Positions 9,864-19,807 of a stretch of 64,000 bases of DNA are shown piece after piece. The notes beneath the pieces are model-generated. The model was not told the DNA's origin. It worked only from the letters and a program-made list of their open reading frames with translations, and did no database searches. Origin of the DNA: Myxococcota bacterium (GTDB lineage Bacteria > Myxococcota_A > UBA9160 > UBA6930); the NCBI GenBank assembly GCA_965223705.1, contig OZ245015.1, positions 4,478,234-4,542,233 of the forward strand, in the 5' to 3' direction. A program made the position numbers and the translations under genes. How positions within the stretch are numbered: the first letter of the stretch is position 1; every line of letters starts with the position of its first letter.

Positions 9864-10784
9864 ATGAAGATCGCAGTCGTCGGCGTCGGTGCGATGGGAT
9901 CGGTCTACGCAGCCCTCCTCGCCGAAGCGGGGCACGAGGTATGGGCGGTCGACGTCTGGTCCGAGCACGTCGACGCCATCCGGAGCGAAGGTCTACGCCT
10001 CGAAGGCGCCAGTGGCGACCGGCGCGTCCCGCTTGCGGCGACGACGGATCCCGCGGAGGCCGGCCCCTGCGACTTGATCATCCTGGCGACCAAGGCCGGC
10101 GGCGTAGCGGCCGCGGCTCGCTCACTGGGTCCGCTCCTCGGACCCGACACGCCGATCTTGACGATTCAAAACGGCCTCGGAGCCGCCGAGCGACTCGAGC
10201 AGCACGTTCCACCCGAACGCATCTTGATCGGCGTCGCGGGCGGGTTTGCCGCATCGATGCGCGGCCCGGGGCACGCGCATCACCACGGGATGGAGCTCGT
10301 TCGGCTCGGCGAACGCGCCGGCGGTATGACGGCGCGCCTGGAGCACGTCAGGGAACTCTGGGAGAAGGCCGGGTTCCGGGTCAAAGCGTACGAAGACATC
10401 GATCAGCTCGTCTGGGAGAAATTCATCGTGAACGTGACGTTCAACGGGCCGTGCACCGCGTTCCTGCGCAGCGCGAAGGAAGTGGTTGCCGATCCCGTCA
10501 CGTGGCAAGTCGCGATGGGTTGCGGTCGCGAGGCGTTTCTCGCCGGACGCGCGAAGGGCGTGCACTTTTCCTTCGACGATCCCGAGGACTACATCCAGCG
10601 CTTTCGCGAGCGCGTCCCCGACGCCAGACCTTCGATGCTTCAGGATCACGAAGCCGGTCGCCGCTCTGAAATCGATGCGATCAACGGCATGGTTCCCATC
10701 GTCGCCCGCGAGGTCGGTACCGAGGCGCCTTACAACGAAGTCATCACCGCTGTCGTCAAGGCCCGCGAAGCGACGTTCTCCTAG
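9864..10784 (+). CDS. Ketopantoate reductase family (PanE/ApbA)
   Basis: GVGAMG, IQNGLG, WEKFIVN, SMLQD..GRRSEIDAING. Confidence 0.9.
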   Translation: MKIAVVGVGAMGSVYAALLAEAGHEVWAVDVWSEHVDAIRSEGLRLEGASGDRRVPLAATTDPAEAGPCDLIILATKAGGVAAAARSLGPLLGPDTPILTIQNGLGAAERLEQHVPPERILIGVAGGFAASMRGPGHAHHHGMELVRLGERAGGMTARLEHVRELWEKAGFRVKAYEDIDQLVWEKFIVNVTFNGPCTAFLRSAKEVVADPVTWQVAMGCGREAFLAGRAKGVHFSFDDPEDYIQRFRERVPDARPSMLQDHEAGRRSEIDAINGMVPIVAREVGTEAPYNEVITAVVKAREATFS

Positions 10785-10795
10785 GAGGAAGTGAG

Positions 10796-11905
10796 TTGCG
10801 CAACGGAATTCGCGTCGTCGACACCGACACCCATCAGATGGAACCGAACTCCATCTGGACCGACTATATCGATCCGGAATTTCGCGACCGTGCGCCGCGG
10901 CGCGAGAAATTCGATGGCAACATGACGATCGTCGTCGAAGGCGAAAGCATCGTCTCCGAAGGCAAATACCCGATGTCGCCTCCCGAGTTCCTCGCGGCGG
11001 TCGATCGCGCGATGGAGCGCTTCAAACGCGCACAAGAGCACAAATACAGTCCCGATACGCGAATCTGGGACATGGACGACCTCGGCGTCGACGTCCAAAT
11101 CATCTACCCGACGCGCGGCGGACAGATTCTCGGGAAACCGTTTCGCGATCCCGAACTTCTCGCTGCCTGCTGCCGGGCCTACAACGATTGGACCCGCGAG
11201 TTCTGCAGCACTTACCCCGAGCGTTTGCGCTGGGCTGCCATGCTCCCCCTCCAGGACCCCGCTCTCTCCATCGAAGAAGCGAAACGCGCGGCCGCGAACG
11301 GGTGCGTCTCGTTTTATGTGCGGCCGAACCCTACGGAGGGACGCAACCTGTACCACGCGGACTACGATCCGCTGTGGTCGGCGATCGAAGATCTGGGCCT
11401 GCCGATTTGTCTTCACGACTCCGGCTCACCGAAACTTCCCTCCTACGGGGACCGGATGGAGAGCCATGTGACCGGTCACATCATCGCGCATCCTTTCGAA
11501 GCGATGGTCGCGATGATGAGCCTCATCTGGTACGGCGTGCTCGAGCGACACCCGCGCTTGAAAGTCGTTCACGTCGAGGCGGATGCCGGTTGGTTGCCGT
11601 ATTGGTTGCAGCGCATGGAGCAACACTGGGATTTCTCCGGCAATGCCGAACATCCCGAAATGAAGATCCGACCGACGGAGTACTTCAAGCGACAAGTGTG
11701 GGTCGCGGCCCGAGGCGACGAGATGACCCTGCCGGCAGCGGTCGAGCTCGTCGGCGACAAGAACATCCTGTTCAACACGGACTATCCCCACCCCGACGGC
11801 ACGTTTCCGTGGGGCTTCGACAAGTTCGACGATCAACCGCTCACAGACGAGACGAAGCGCAAGATCCTGTGGGACAACGCCGCCGACGCGTTCTCGCTCG
11901 ACTAG
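10796..11905 (+). CDS. Amidohydrolase family 2 protein
   Basis: VDTDTH, RAYNDW, GWLPYW, FNTDYPHPD, ILWDNA. Confidence 0.9.
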   Translation: MRNGIRVVDTDTHQMEPNSIWTDYIDPEFRDRAPRREKFDGNMTIVVEGESIVSEGKYPMSPPEFLAAVDRAMERFKRAQEHKYSPDTRIWDMDDLGVDVQIIYPTRGGQILGKPFRDPELLAACCRAYNDWTREFCSTYPERLRWAAMLPLQDPALSIEEAKRAAANGCVSFYVRPNPTEGRNLYHADYDPLWSAIEDLGLPICLHDSGSPKLPSYGDRMESHVTGHIIAHPFEAMVAMMSLIWYGVLERHPRLKVVHVEADAGWLPYWLQRMEQHWDFSGNAEHPEMKIRPTEYFKRQVWVAARGDEMTLPAAVELVGDKNILFNTDYPHPDGTFPWGFDKFDDQPLTDETKRKILWDNAADAFSLD

Positions 11906-12783
11906 GGCTCGAGCCCGCCTCCGAGCGACGCGCGTCGGGCGAACAGCTCTTGCGAGAGCGTGCGCGCCGCTCCGTGAATGCGTGGAAGTCGCCGCGCGTC
12001 TTCGTGGATCAGGACCCACATGTCCCGTTCGCCGGAGCGCAAGGAGCCGGGGTACCGGACGAGTCCCTCGACGGGATCCCCGATACAGCACGCCATCGCG
12101 ACGAACCCGCAGCCCTTCGCGGCGAAGCTGAGTGCCACGGTGTGGTTCGGGACCTGCAAGGCTTCCGGAACGCCTGCCCAGAACGCGTCTCCCGAACGAT
12201 CCCAGACATACGATTCGCCGGGCCAGCTGATCCAAGTCGCCGGCTCGACATCATCGACGGCTCGCGCGACGCGCTCGGGGCTTCCGTAGACCGCCGTCGA
12301 CAGCGGGCCGATACGACGCCCGACAGCCGAGAGAGGCGGATCACGGGTGATTCGAATCGCGATGTCGGTCTCGTGGTCGGCGATGTTGCGCTCGTCGTCC
12401 GAAGTCTCGACGCGAAAGACGAGATCCTCGTGGCGAGCCATCGCCGTACGTAGCGCGGGTGCGATAACGCCCGCGAAGCCGTCGCCGGGCAGAGAGATCT
12501 CCACCCAATCGCGGGTGCGCTCCGCGAGTCGCAGGGCCACGGCCTCCGTCTCGCGCTCCATGCGCTCGCTTAGCGCCAGGAGCTCCTCTCCCGCCGGGGT
12601 TATGGAATAACCGTGGCTGCGGCGTTCGAACAGCAGGACATCGAGCTCGTCCTCCAGCTCCCGGATGGCTCGGTAGATCGTGGCTGCGTGGACACCCAGC
12701 GTCTTCGCCGCTTCTCGAGCAGACCCGGCCCTGTGAACGGCCAAGAGAACCTTCAAACTCGACCAATCGAATTGTCCCGCCAC
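11902..12783 (-). CDS. LysR-family transcriptional regulator
   Basis: N-terminal HTH GSAREAAKTLGV..TIYRAIRELEDEL..LLFERR. Confidence 0.9.
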   Translation of the reverse strand: MAGQFDWSSLKVLLAVHRAGSAREAAKTLGVHAATIYRAIRELEDELDVLLFERRSHGYSITPAGEELLALSERMERETEAVALRLAERTRDWVEISLPGDGFAGVIAPALRTAMARHEDLVFRVETSDDERNIADHETDIAIRITRDPPLSAVGRRIGPLSTAVYGSPERVARAVDDVEPATWISWPGESYVWDRSGDAFWAGVPEALQVPNHTVALSFAAKGCGFVAMACCIGDPVEGLVRYPGSLRSGERDMWVLIHEDARRLPRIHGAARTLSQELFARRASLGGGLEP

Positions 12784-12931
12784 CGAAGCCTCGCGTGTCG
12801 CGTTTTCGCGCGATGTGGGGAGAGACTATGCATTTTTGCACGCGCCCACTGCAAAGAACCGTATTCACCCGCCGCGACAACCCCTGCACACTGAAGTCTC
12901 TGGATGGGGATTCACCCCTGGGAGCCGGACT

Positions 12932-13630
12932 GTGCACCTGTCTCGAATCGCTTTTGTTTTCAGTAGTTTATGGATCTTCGGCGGAGCCGCGTGGGCGGTC
13001 CAAGTCACGAGTTTTGAGGTCAACGGCGCGGCGGCGGAGCCGATCTTCTCGGGCGTCGCGCTGCTACCGGAGAGTCAGCTGCCCCCGCTCCCCCCTGGCG
13101 TCGACCCGGCCAGCGCCCAGTCGAGCGGCCCGATCAGCGGTTTCGCCATTCCGTTCCCCGACGGGAGCAACGCTCTGTTCGTGAGTGCAGGAGGCTTCGC
13201 GGCGATCGGAGCGCCGGATTTCATCGCCGCGAGCGACGGTGGCATCTGGAACGTCGCGTTTCCCAGCGAGCTGTCCTTCGCGAACCCCGTCAGCGAGGTC
13301 AGCTTCTCGTTCACGGCGATTCTCGGAGGCATGACTCCCGGAGACGTCACCGCGGAAGCCTTCGATAGCAACGGGGTCTCCCAAGGCAGTACGGGCCCCG
13401 GAACGCTTACGCTGGATGGCATGGGCGTCGGTCCCGAGGGCTTCGTCAGCCTGACCGGGTCGATCTCGAGTGTGGTCTTCATGCCAAACGTCCAGCCGGC
13501 GCCCGGCGAGGGTTGGGCGATCGATTTCGTGTCAGCCGAAACCGCGATGCCCATCCCAGAGCCCGGCGCCGCGCTCCTCTTCGGGATCGGCACCTGGTGG
13601 GTGGCGGGCCGGCGCCGCAACCGGCGCTAA
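12932..13630 (+). CDS. PEP-CTERM sorting-domain secreted protein
   Basis: Signal peptide ending AAWA; C-terminal IPEPGAALLFGIGTWWVAGRRRNRR. Confidence 0.85.
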   Translation: MHLSRIAFVFSSLWIFGGAAWAVQVTSFEVNGAAAEPIFSGVALLPESQLPPLPPGVDPASAQSSGPISGFAIPFPDGSNALFVSAGGFAAIGAPDFIAASDGGIWNVAFPSELSFANPVSEVSFSFTAILGGMTPGDVTAEAFDSNGVSQGSTGPGTLTLDGMGVGPEGFVSLTGSISSVVFMPNVQPAPGEGWAIDFVSAETAMPIPEPGAALLFGIGTWWVAGRRRNRR

Positions 13631-13676
13631 CCCGTGTGAAACGGCGGTCCGTCGGGATCGCCGTTTCTTCGATCCA

Positions 13677-13700
13677 ATATATAAGTTATTGTTTATATAT
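13677..13700. promoter_or_regulatory. AT-rich inverted repeat, probable ArsR autoregulatory operator
   Basis: ATATATAA-N8-TTATATAT overlapping the ArsR start codon in a GC-rich background. Confidence 0.7.
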
Positions 13701-14007
13701 GTCGACGATGGGCGCCATCGCAGAACCGATGAGGCGCGAAATCCTTCGCCTCGTATGGGACCGCGAGCGATCCGTGAGCGAGCTGGTCGACGCCTTCGAC
13801 GTCACGCAACCGGCGATCTCGTTTCATCTGCGGGTCTTGCGCGACGAAGGGCTCGTCCGCGTCCGCCGGGAGGGCCGCCGGCGGTACTACCGCGCCGAAC
13901 CCGAGGCGCTCGGCGACCTCGCCGCCTACCTGGAGAATTTCTGGAACGATCGGCTGAACCGTCTCAGCGACATGCTGTTGCTGAAGGCGCGCCGCCAAGG
14001 GCGCTGA
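13699..14007 (+). CDS. ArsR/SmtB-family regulator
   Basis: AEPMRREIL..SVSELV...QPAISFHLRVLRDEGLV..RREGRRRYY. Confidence 0.92.
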   Translation: MSTMGAIAEPMRREILRLVWDRERSVSELVDAFDVTQPAISFHLRVLRDEGLVRVRREGRRRYYRAEPEALGDLAAYLENFWNDRLNRLSDMLLLKARRQGR

Positions 14008-14032
14008 AGACCGCGCCACGAAGGAGAAGACG

Positions 14033-14740
14033 ATGCAATCCCCTCGAGTTGTTTCCCACGAGCAGTGGATCGAAGCCCGAAGAGAACTTCTCGCGAAGGA
14101 GAAGGAGTACTCGCGCTTGCGCGATGAACTCACGGCGAAGCGGCAGGAGCTCCCGTGGGAGAAGGTCGAAAAAGATTACACCTTCGACAGCGCCGCCGGC
14201 CCCGTCGGGCTGGGCGACCTCTTCGAGGGGCGCAGCCAGCTCATCGTCTACCACTTTATGTTCGGTCCCGATTGGGAAGAGGGCTGCAAGATCTGTTCGA
14301 TGTGCGCGGACCACTACGCGCCGCTCGACGTTCATCTCAGGCATCGCGACGTCACCATGGTGACCGTCTCTCGGGCCCCTTTGGCATCCATCGAGGCCTA
14401 TAAGAAACGCATGGGTTGGGACTTCAACTGGGTGTCGTCGTTGGGAAGCGACTTCAACTGGGACTACTTCGTCTCGTTTACACCGGAGCAACAAGAGCAG
14501 AGCGCGATGTATTACAACTACCGGCAAGGGAGCTTCCCGAGTACCGAGGCCCCCGGAATCAGCGCTTTCGCGAAAGACGAAGCCGGTGACGTCTTCCACA
14601 CCTACTCCTCCTATGCGCGGGGATTGGAGTGGTTCCTCGGCATCTACAACTTGCTCGACATCGTTCCCAAGGGTCGTGACGAAGCCGACCTCCCGTACCC
14701 GATGGAGTGGGTTCGCCACCGCGATCGCTACGATCCGTAG
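14033..14740 (+). CDS. DUF899 thioredoxin-like protein
   Basis: LLAKEKE, LFEGRSQLIVYHFMFGPDW..GCKICS, YNLLDIVPKGRDE. Confidence 0.9.
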   Translation: MQSPRVVSHEQWIEARRELLAKEKEYSRLRDELTAKRQELPWEKVEKDYTFDSAAGPVGLGDLFEGRSQLIVYHFMFGPDWEEGCKICSMCADHYAPLDVHLRHRDVTMVTVSRAPLASIEAYKKRMGWDFNWVSSLGSDFNWDYFVSFTPEQQEQSAMYYNYRQGSFPSTEAPGISAFAKDEAGDVFHTYSSYARGLEWFLGIYNLLDIVPKGRDEADLPYPMEWVRHRDRYDP

Positions 14741-14776
14741 TTCTGTGCGGTAGCCTCGGTCCGAGGAGGCCGCCGC

Positions 14777-15946
14777 ATGCAACTCTCGGAAGAAACCCAG
14801 ATGCTCCAGGAGCTCGTCGAGAAGTTCGTGGAGAACGAGTTGATGCCGCTCGAGCCCCGTGTGCTCGAACGCGAAGCGCGGGGAGAGCGCCCCCTCATAA
14901 GCGCCGCAGAAACCGAGGCGCTTCACAGCCGCTGCAAAGAAATCGGCCTGTTCGGCCTCGATGTTCCGGAAGAGCTCGGCGGTGCCAACCTCGGGCCGGT
15001 GTCGAAAGTCGCGGTGGGCGAAGTCCTGCGCCGCTGCGTCGTGCCGTTCGTGTTCCCACCGGACTCTCCGAATCTCCACATGATGCTCGCCACGGTGAAC
15101 GAAGCGCAGCGAGAGCGGTACTTGGATCCTTACGCACGAGGCGAGACGACTTCGGCGATCGCCATCTCGGAACCCGGCGCCGGAGCCGACCCCGCAAGTA
15201 TGACGACCCGCGCCGTTCGCGACGGGGACGACTGGGTGATCAACGGTCGAAAAATCTGGGTCAGTCGAATCGCCAACGCGGATTTCTCCATCGTCATGGC
15301 GTTGACCGATCCCGAAAAACGGGCGCGGGGCGGGATTACGGCGTTTCTGATCGATCGCGACACGCCTGGAATGAAGATCAGCGAGCCGTACTTGATGCTC
15401 GGAGGCCACACGACCTTCGAAGTCGTCTTCGACGATTGCCGTGTCCCCGACTCCCAGGTGCTCGGCGAGATCGGCGGCGGTTTCGGGCCGATGCAGCTGC
15501 GCCTCACCGTGCGAAGGCTCGAAATGGGCGCTTCTTGTGTCGGAATCGCCGAGCGCGCCCTCGCGATGATGACCGCTCATGCGAACGAGCGGGTGACGTT
15601 TGGGACTCCGTTGTCCGACCGCCAAGCCGTCCAGTGGTGGATCGCCGACGCCGCGACGCGTATCCACGCAACCCGCCTGATGGTCTACGACGCCGCCGAG
15701 AAAGTCGAGCGCGGAGAGGAGGTGCGCGTGGAGGCCTCGATGATCAAAGTGTTCGCCACCGAGATGGCGACCGAAGTCGTCGACCACGCCATGCAGGCGT
15801 TTGGGGCGATGGGCATCACGAAGGAACACCCTCTTCAACTGTTCGCCCAACAAGTCCGTGCCATGCGCGTATACGAAGGGCCGACCGAGGTTCACCGCTG
15901 GGTCATCGCGCGGCGCTTGCTTCGCGACGCCCCGAAGCCTCGCTAG
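14777..15946 (+). CDS. Acyl-CoA dehydrogenase
   Basis: AISEPGAGAD, INGRKIW, AFGAMG, RVYEGPTEVHR. Confidence 0.95.
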   Translation: MQLSEETQMLQELVEKFVENELMPLEPRVLEREARGERPLISAAETEALHSRCKEIGLFGLDVPEELGGANLGPVSKVAVGEVLRRCVVPFVFPPDSPNLHMMLATVNEAQRERYLDPYARGETTSAIAISEPGAGADPASMTTRAVRDGDDWVINGRKIWVSRIANADFSIVMALTDPEKRARGGITAFLIDRDTPGMKISEPYLMLGGHTTFEVVFDDCRVPDSQVLGEIGGGFGPMQLRLTVRRLEMGASCVGIAERALAMMTAHANERVTFGTPLSDRQAVQWWIADAATRIHATRLMVYDAAEKVERGEEVRVEASMIKVFATEMATEVVDHAMQAFGAMGITKEHPLQLFAQQVRAMRVYEGPTEVHRWVIARRLLRDAPKPR

Positions 15947-15989
15947 GCCATCACCGTGATAGGCTTGAGCTCTGGACACAGGGGGCCGC

Positions 15990-17498
15990 ATGGCCGAACA
16001 GCACGCGAATGGCGTTTGTGAGCTGACAATTGCCGAGATTCATCGCCGATTCGCCGCGGGTGAGCTCTCCGCGGAAGGCCTGACCGACGCGTACCTCCGG
16101 AGGATCGCGGCCTACGATCAACAGGGCGCCATGCTGAACGCGGTCGTGACGTTGAATCCCGCCGCGCGAGATGATGCGCGTCGCCTCGATGCGACTCGTT
16201 CGCAGTCCGGCGAACTGTCGGGCTCCCTCCACGGGATCCCGATTCTCGTCAAAGACAACATCGAGACGGGAGGTATCGCCACGAGCTTCGGCAGTGCGGC
16301 CTTCGCTGAGTACATCCCCCAACAGGATGCGACGGCGATCCGGAAGCTTCGCGATGCCGGCGCGATCATCTTGGGTAAGACCGCCATGCCCGACTTCGCG
16401 ACGTCGTGGTGGGGCTATTCATCGCGCGCCGGTGAGACGCGCAACCCCTACGATCTCGCACACGACCCGGGTGGATCGAGCTCCGGCACCGGCGCTTCCA
16501 TCGCGGCGAACTTCGCAACGGTGGGACTCGGGACAGATTGTGGCGGATCGATCCGCTTGCCGTCGTCGTTCGACAATTTGGTCGGCGTGCGCTGCACGCC
16601 GGGCTTGATCAGTCGAACGGGCCTCGCCCAGCTGGTCTATCAGCAAGACACCATCGGCCCGATGGCGCGCTGTGTCGAAGACGCCGCGCGCGTCTTCGAT
16701 GTGCTGGTCGGGTTTGATCCGACCGACGATCTCACGACGACCTATCTGACCGCACGAGCACCGGACAGCTACCTCGGCGCCCTCAAGAGCGGAAGCTTAC
16801 GCGGGGCGCGGTTGGGCCTGGTCGGGAACGTCATGGGATCGCCCCACGACGAGGGCGCGGCGGTCAATGCGGTGATTCGCGAGTCCCTCGACGCAGCGGA
16901 AAAAGAGGGTGCGACTGTCGTCGAAATCGAGCTCGCGAATCTCGAGCAACACATTCTCGCGACGTCGCTCTACCAGAATTGTTCGAAGCACGACATCAAC
17001 GCTTTCCTCGCGTCCCGACCCGACGCGCCCATGCGATCCCTCCAACAGATCTACGACGCCAAGGCCTACCACCCGATGCTCGACCTTTTGGAGGGTTGTG
17101 TATTCGGTCCGGAGCTGCCGGAACACGACCCCATGTATCACCGGCGTCTCGCCGCGCGGGAAGAGTTCGCGCGCAGCGTGCTCCTGCAGATGGGAGCACT
17201 CGAACTCGATGCGCTGGTGTACCCCACCGTACGGGTCCCATCGCCCTCGCGCGAGGAGCTCAACGCCAAGCGGTGGACGACGCTCGAGTTTCCGACGAAC
17301 ACGCTCATCGCGGCGCAGACGTGGATGCCCGCAATGAGCGTGCCGGTGGGCTTTACCGAAAACGGACTTCCGGTGGGCCTCGAGATCGTGGCGAAACCCT
17401 ACGCCGAGGAGCAGCTGTTCGCGTTGGGCTACGGGATCGAGCAAGCCACCTGCGCCAGGCGCACTCCGCAAGCGACGCCCGAGCTCCCGGACGCCTAG
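15990..17498 (+). CDS. Amidase signature family protein
   Basis: GIPILVKDN, PGGSSSGTG, GTDCGGSIRLP. Confidence 0.93.
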   Translation: MAEQHANGVCELTIAEIHRRFAAGELSAEGLTDAYLRRIAAYDQQGAMLNAVVTLNPAARDDARRLDATRSQSGELSGSLHGIPILVKDNIETGGIATSFGSAAFAEYIPQQDATAIRKLRDAGAIILGKTAMPDFATSWWGYSSRAGETRNPYDLAHDPGGSSSGTGASIAANFATVGLGTDCGGSIRLPSSFDNLVGVRCTPGLISRTGLAQLVYQQDTIGPMARCVEDAARVFDVLVGFDPTDDLTTTYLTARAPDSYLGALKSGSLRGARLGLVGNVMGSPHDEGAAVNAVIRESLDAAEKEGATVVEIELANLEQHILATSLYQNCSKHDINAFLASRPDAPMRSLQQIYDAKAYHPMLDLLEGCVFGPELPEHDPMYHRRLAAREEFARSVLLQMGALELDALVYPTVRVPSPSREELNAKRWTTLEFPTNTLIAAQTWMPAMSVPVGFTENGLPVGLEIVAKPYAEEQLFALGYGIEQATCARRTPQATPELPDA

Positions 17499-18946
17499 TC
17501 TTCCCGCGCGAGCAGCTCCCGGACGCGTTCGATGTACGGCTCTTTGTCGTAAAGCGAAAAGTACGCAGACGCCATGCGCTCCGGGGGCCCGAAGAAGAAG
17601 CGCTCATACAAGGCTTGACGGTTGCCGAAGCCCGAGACCGCCACGTCCTGGGCGAGGCGAAACAGAGCGACGCGATCTCGGGACTCGAGATGCGCGAGCT
17701 GGAAGTAGCGCTCGACGTCTTCGGCGATGGGTCCCTCGAAATCGCGCTCACAAGGCGTCGCCATCAACGAACTCGAACCCAAGAGCTGCACGAGCTCGAC
17801 GAGCCTGGGGTACATCTGCGGAAAGACGTTTCGAGCCGTATCGAGCGGCCGCCGAAGCGGCGTCATCGTTCCCCACTCATCGGGCGCCGCGTCGACTTCG
17901 GCCACTCGTAGGAACGCGCGCATGCTCTCTGCGATCCACATGGCCTCTGCGACCAACCCTTGCACGCGGGGATCCTGGTCGCGTTCACTCGCGCGCACCA
18001 TGGCGCAGAGGAGCCCGACGATGAACTCCGCCTTCGCGAGGTTCTTGCACACGACCTGATGCATCATGTGAACGACGGCGCTGGTCTTTGCGTAGGCCTC
18101 GTTGCAGAGCAACGGATCGTCGTACAGGAAAACCCGCTCCCAAGGGACGAGAACGTCGTCGAAGATGACGACGGAATCCATTTCCTCGAACCGCGAGGAC
18201 AGGGGGGCGTCGAAGACCGATCGGCCCGTGTCGTAGCTGTCGCGGCAGATGTAGCGCATGCCTTCCGTCGCGTTGGGGAGGGCGAAGGCCAAGGCGTAAG
18301 GTTTCGATTCGGGCGCCGCTTTGAGGATGGTCGAAGGAAAGACCGCTATTTCGTCCGACAGGGGGCCCAACGTCGCGAGGAGTCGCGCACCGCGCACGAT
18401 CAATCCGGCGTCGGTTTCTCGGACCACCCGCAGCGCGACGTCTTCGCTCGGGTGGCCGTCGGCCGTCAATCGACGATTGACCTGAGGATTTACAAGTGTG
18501 TGCGTGAGCACGAGGTCGTTGTCACGGATGTACTCGTAGTAGCGGACGACGTTGTCGCCGAATCCCTCCCGACATCGATCGAAGAGTTTCGAGGCCGACG
18601 CAAACGCCGTGAACGAAGCGTTCAAATAATCCGGGGTACGCCCGAACATGCCGTGGCTGTAGCGAGCCCATTCTCCGTAGGCGGCTCCGCGCCGCGCGAC
18701 GTCGTCGGTGGTCGCCGGCTGCAGGAAAGACATCGCGAAACGCTCGCCGGAACGGCCGGGCCCCTCGTACGTCAAGACGTCGCGCAGCGCTTCGTCGTGT
18801 TGCCGATCGAGCAAGCGCGCGAGCGATTCGGCGCCGCGGCGAAGCCTCGGATCTCGCGTGACGTCATCGACGCGCTCTCCTTCGATCCAAACCTCGCGTC
18901 CGTCGCGAAGGCCTTTGAGATACGCCGCCCCGGTTCTCACGCCCAC
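17495..18946 (-). CDS. hpaB: 4-hydroxyphenylacetate 3-monooxygenase oxygenase component
   Basis: GRTPDYLN, HTLVNPQVNR, SRFEEMD, RQALYERFFFG; hpa context. Confidence 0.92.
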   Translation of the reverse strand: MGVRTGAAYLKGLRDGREVWIEGERVDDVTRDPRLRRGAESLARLLDRQHDEALRDVLTYEGPGRSGERFAMSFLQPATTDDVARRGAAYGEWARYSHGMFGRTPDYLNASFTAFASASKLFDRCREGFGDNVVRYYEYIRDNDLVLTHTLVNPQVNRRLTADGHPSEDVALRVVRETDAGLIVRGARLLATLGPLSDEIAVFPSTILKAAPESKPYALAFALPNATEGMRYICRDSYDTGRSVFDAPLSSRFEEMDSVVIFDDVLVPWERVFLYDDPLLCNEAYAKTSAVVHMMHQVVCKNLAKAEFIVGLLCAMVRASERDQDPRVQGLVAEAMWIAESMRAFLRVAEVDAAPDEWGTMTPLRRPLDTARNVFPQMYPRLVELVQLLGSSSLMATPCERDFEGPIAEDVERYFQLAHLESRDRVALFRLAQDVAVSGFGNRQALYERFFFGPPERMASAYFSLYDKEPYIERVRELLARED

Positions 18947-18955
18947 TTGCGCCTC

Positions 18956-19807
18956 CTATCCAGCATCCGGAAGGGCGAAATCGACATTGCACTGCCCCGT
19001 TCCGCTGCTTCCGAAATAGTCGCCGACGAGCTCTCCGCGCCCGCGGTAAGCGTCCCAACCGAGAGCGCCGAAGAGTGTCGCGGTATCCGCCATCCCCACT
19101 TCGCCGAAGCACCGCTCGGCGTATTCCGGCAACATCGCGATGAAAGCGCCGTGATCACCGGCTTCCCACAATTCTAAGACCCGGAGGTCCACCTGCCGGT
19201 TGAACTCCGTGTTGACCGTGTTGAGGCCTCCGGCGGACTCTCGGTTGGGCCAGAACTGGTGAGACAACGACCCCGACGCGAGCAGAGCCACGCGACGCTC
19301 GGAACGGTCGCAAGCCGCGCGAAGCGACTCCCCAAAGGTTCGGTGCTCCTCGATGGAGGCGTAGGCGTTCGCCGCCACGCACAACACGCGGGCGCGCGCC
19401 TCGGGGTTCATATGGCGCATCGGAATCAGCGTGCCGTATTCGAAACCCAGGCCCGGGTCGCGGTGGGCGATCGCTCGCAGCCCCCGCTCTTCCGCGGCGG
19501 CCACGGCGTCGTCCGCGAGCTCGGGATCACCCGCGTAGCGGTACTCGAGACCCGAGAGCATGTGGGGCAGTTCGGGGCTCGTAAAGACACCCGCGTTTTC
19601 GGCGTTCGCGTTCGCGTGAAAACCCTGATTCACCACCCAGTGGACGTCGACGACGACGAACGTTTCTACCCGGCGCCGTGACGCTCGTTGCCCGAGCTCC
19701 CGGAGTCCGGCAATCGCTCCGTCGCGAATTCCGCGATGCTCCGGAGCGTGCTCGGACAGCCAGATCGACGGCACGTGGGTCACCTTCGACGCCATCACCA
19801 ACGGCAT
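18956..19807 (-). CDS. hpaD: 3,4-dihydroxyphenylacetate 2,3-dioxygenase
   Basis: KVTHVPSIWLSE, EYGTLIPMRHMN, ASGSLSHQF, SSGTGQCN. Confidence 0.93.
   Translation of the reverse strand: MPLVMASKVTHVPSIWLSEHAPEHRGIRDGAIAGLRELGQRASRRRVETFVVVDVHWVVNQGFHANANAENAGVFTSPELPHMLSGLEYRYAGDPELADDAVAAAEERGLRAIAHRDPGLGFEYGTLIPMRHMNPEARARVLCVAANAYASIEEHRTFGESLRAACDRSERRVALLASGSLSHQFWPNRESAGGLNTVNTEFNRQVDLRVLELWEAGDHGAFIAMLPEYAERCFGEVGMADTATLFGALGWDAYRGRGELVGDYFGSSGTGQCNVDFALPDAG

Noticed and set aside
13964..15991. Long antisense ORFs (this 675-aa one, also 52951-54378, 61418-62662, 6184-7452)
   Set aside because: Shadow frames of well-supported genes in GC-rich DNA, without recognisable motifs
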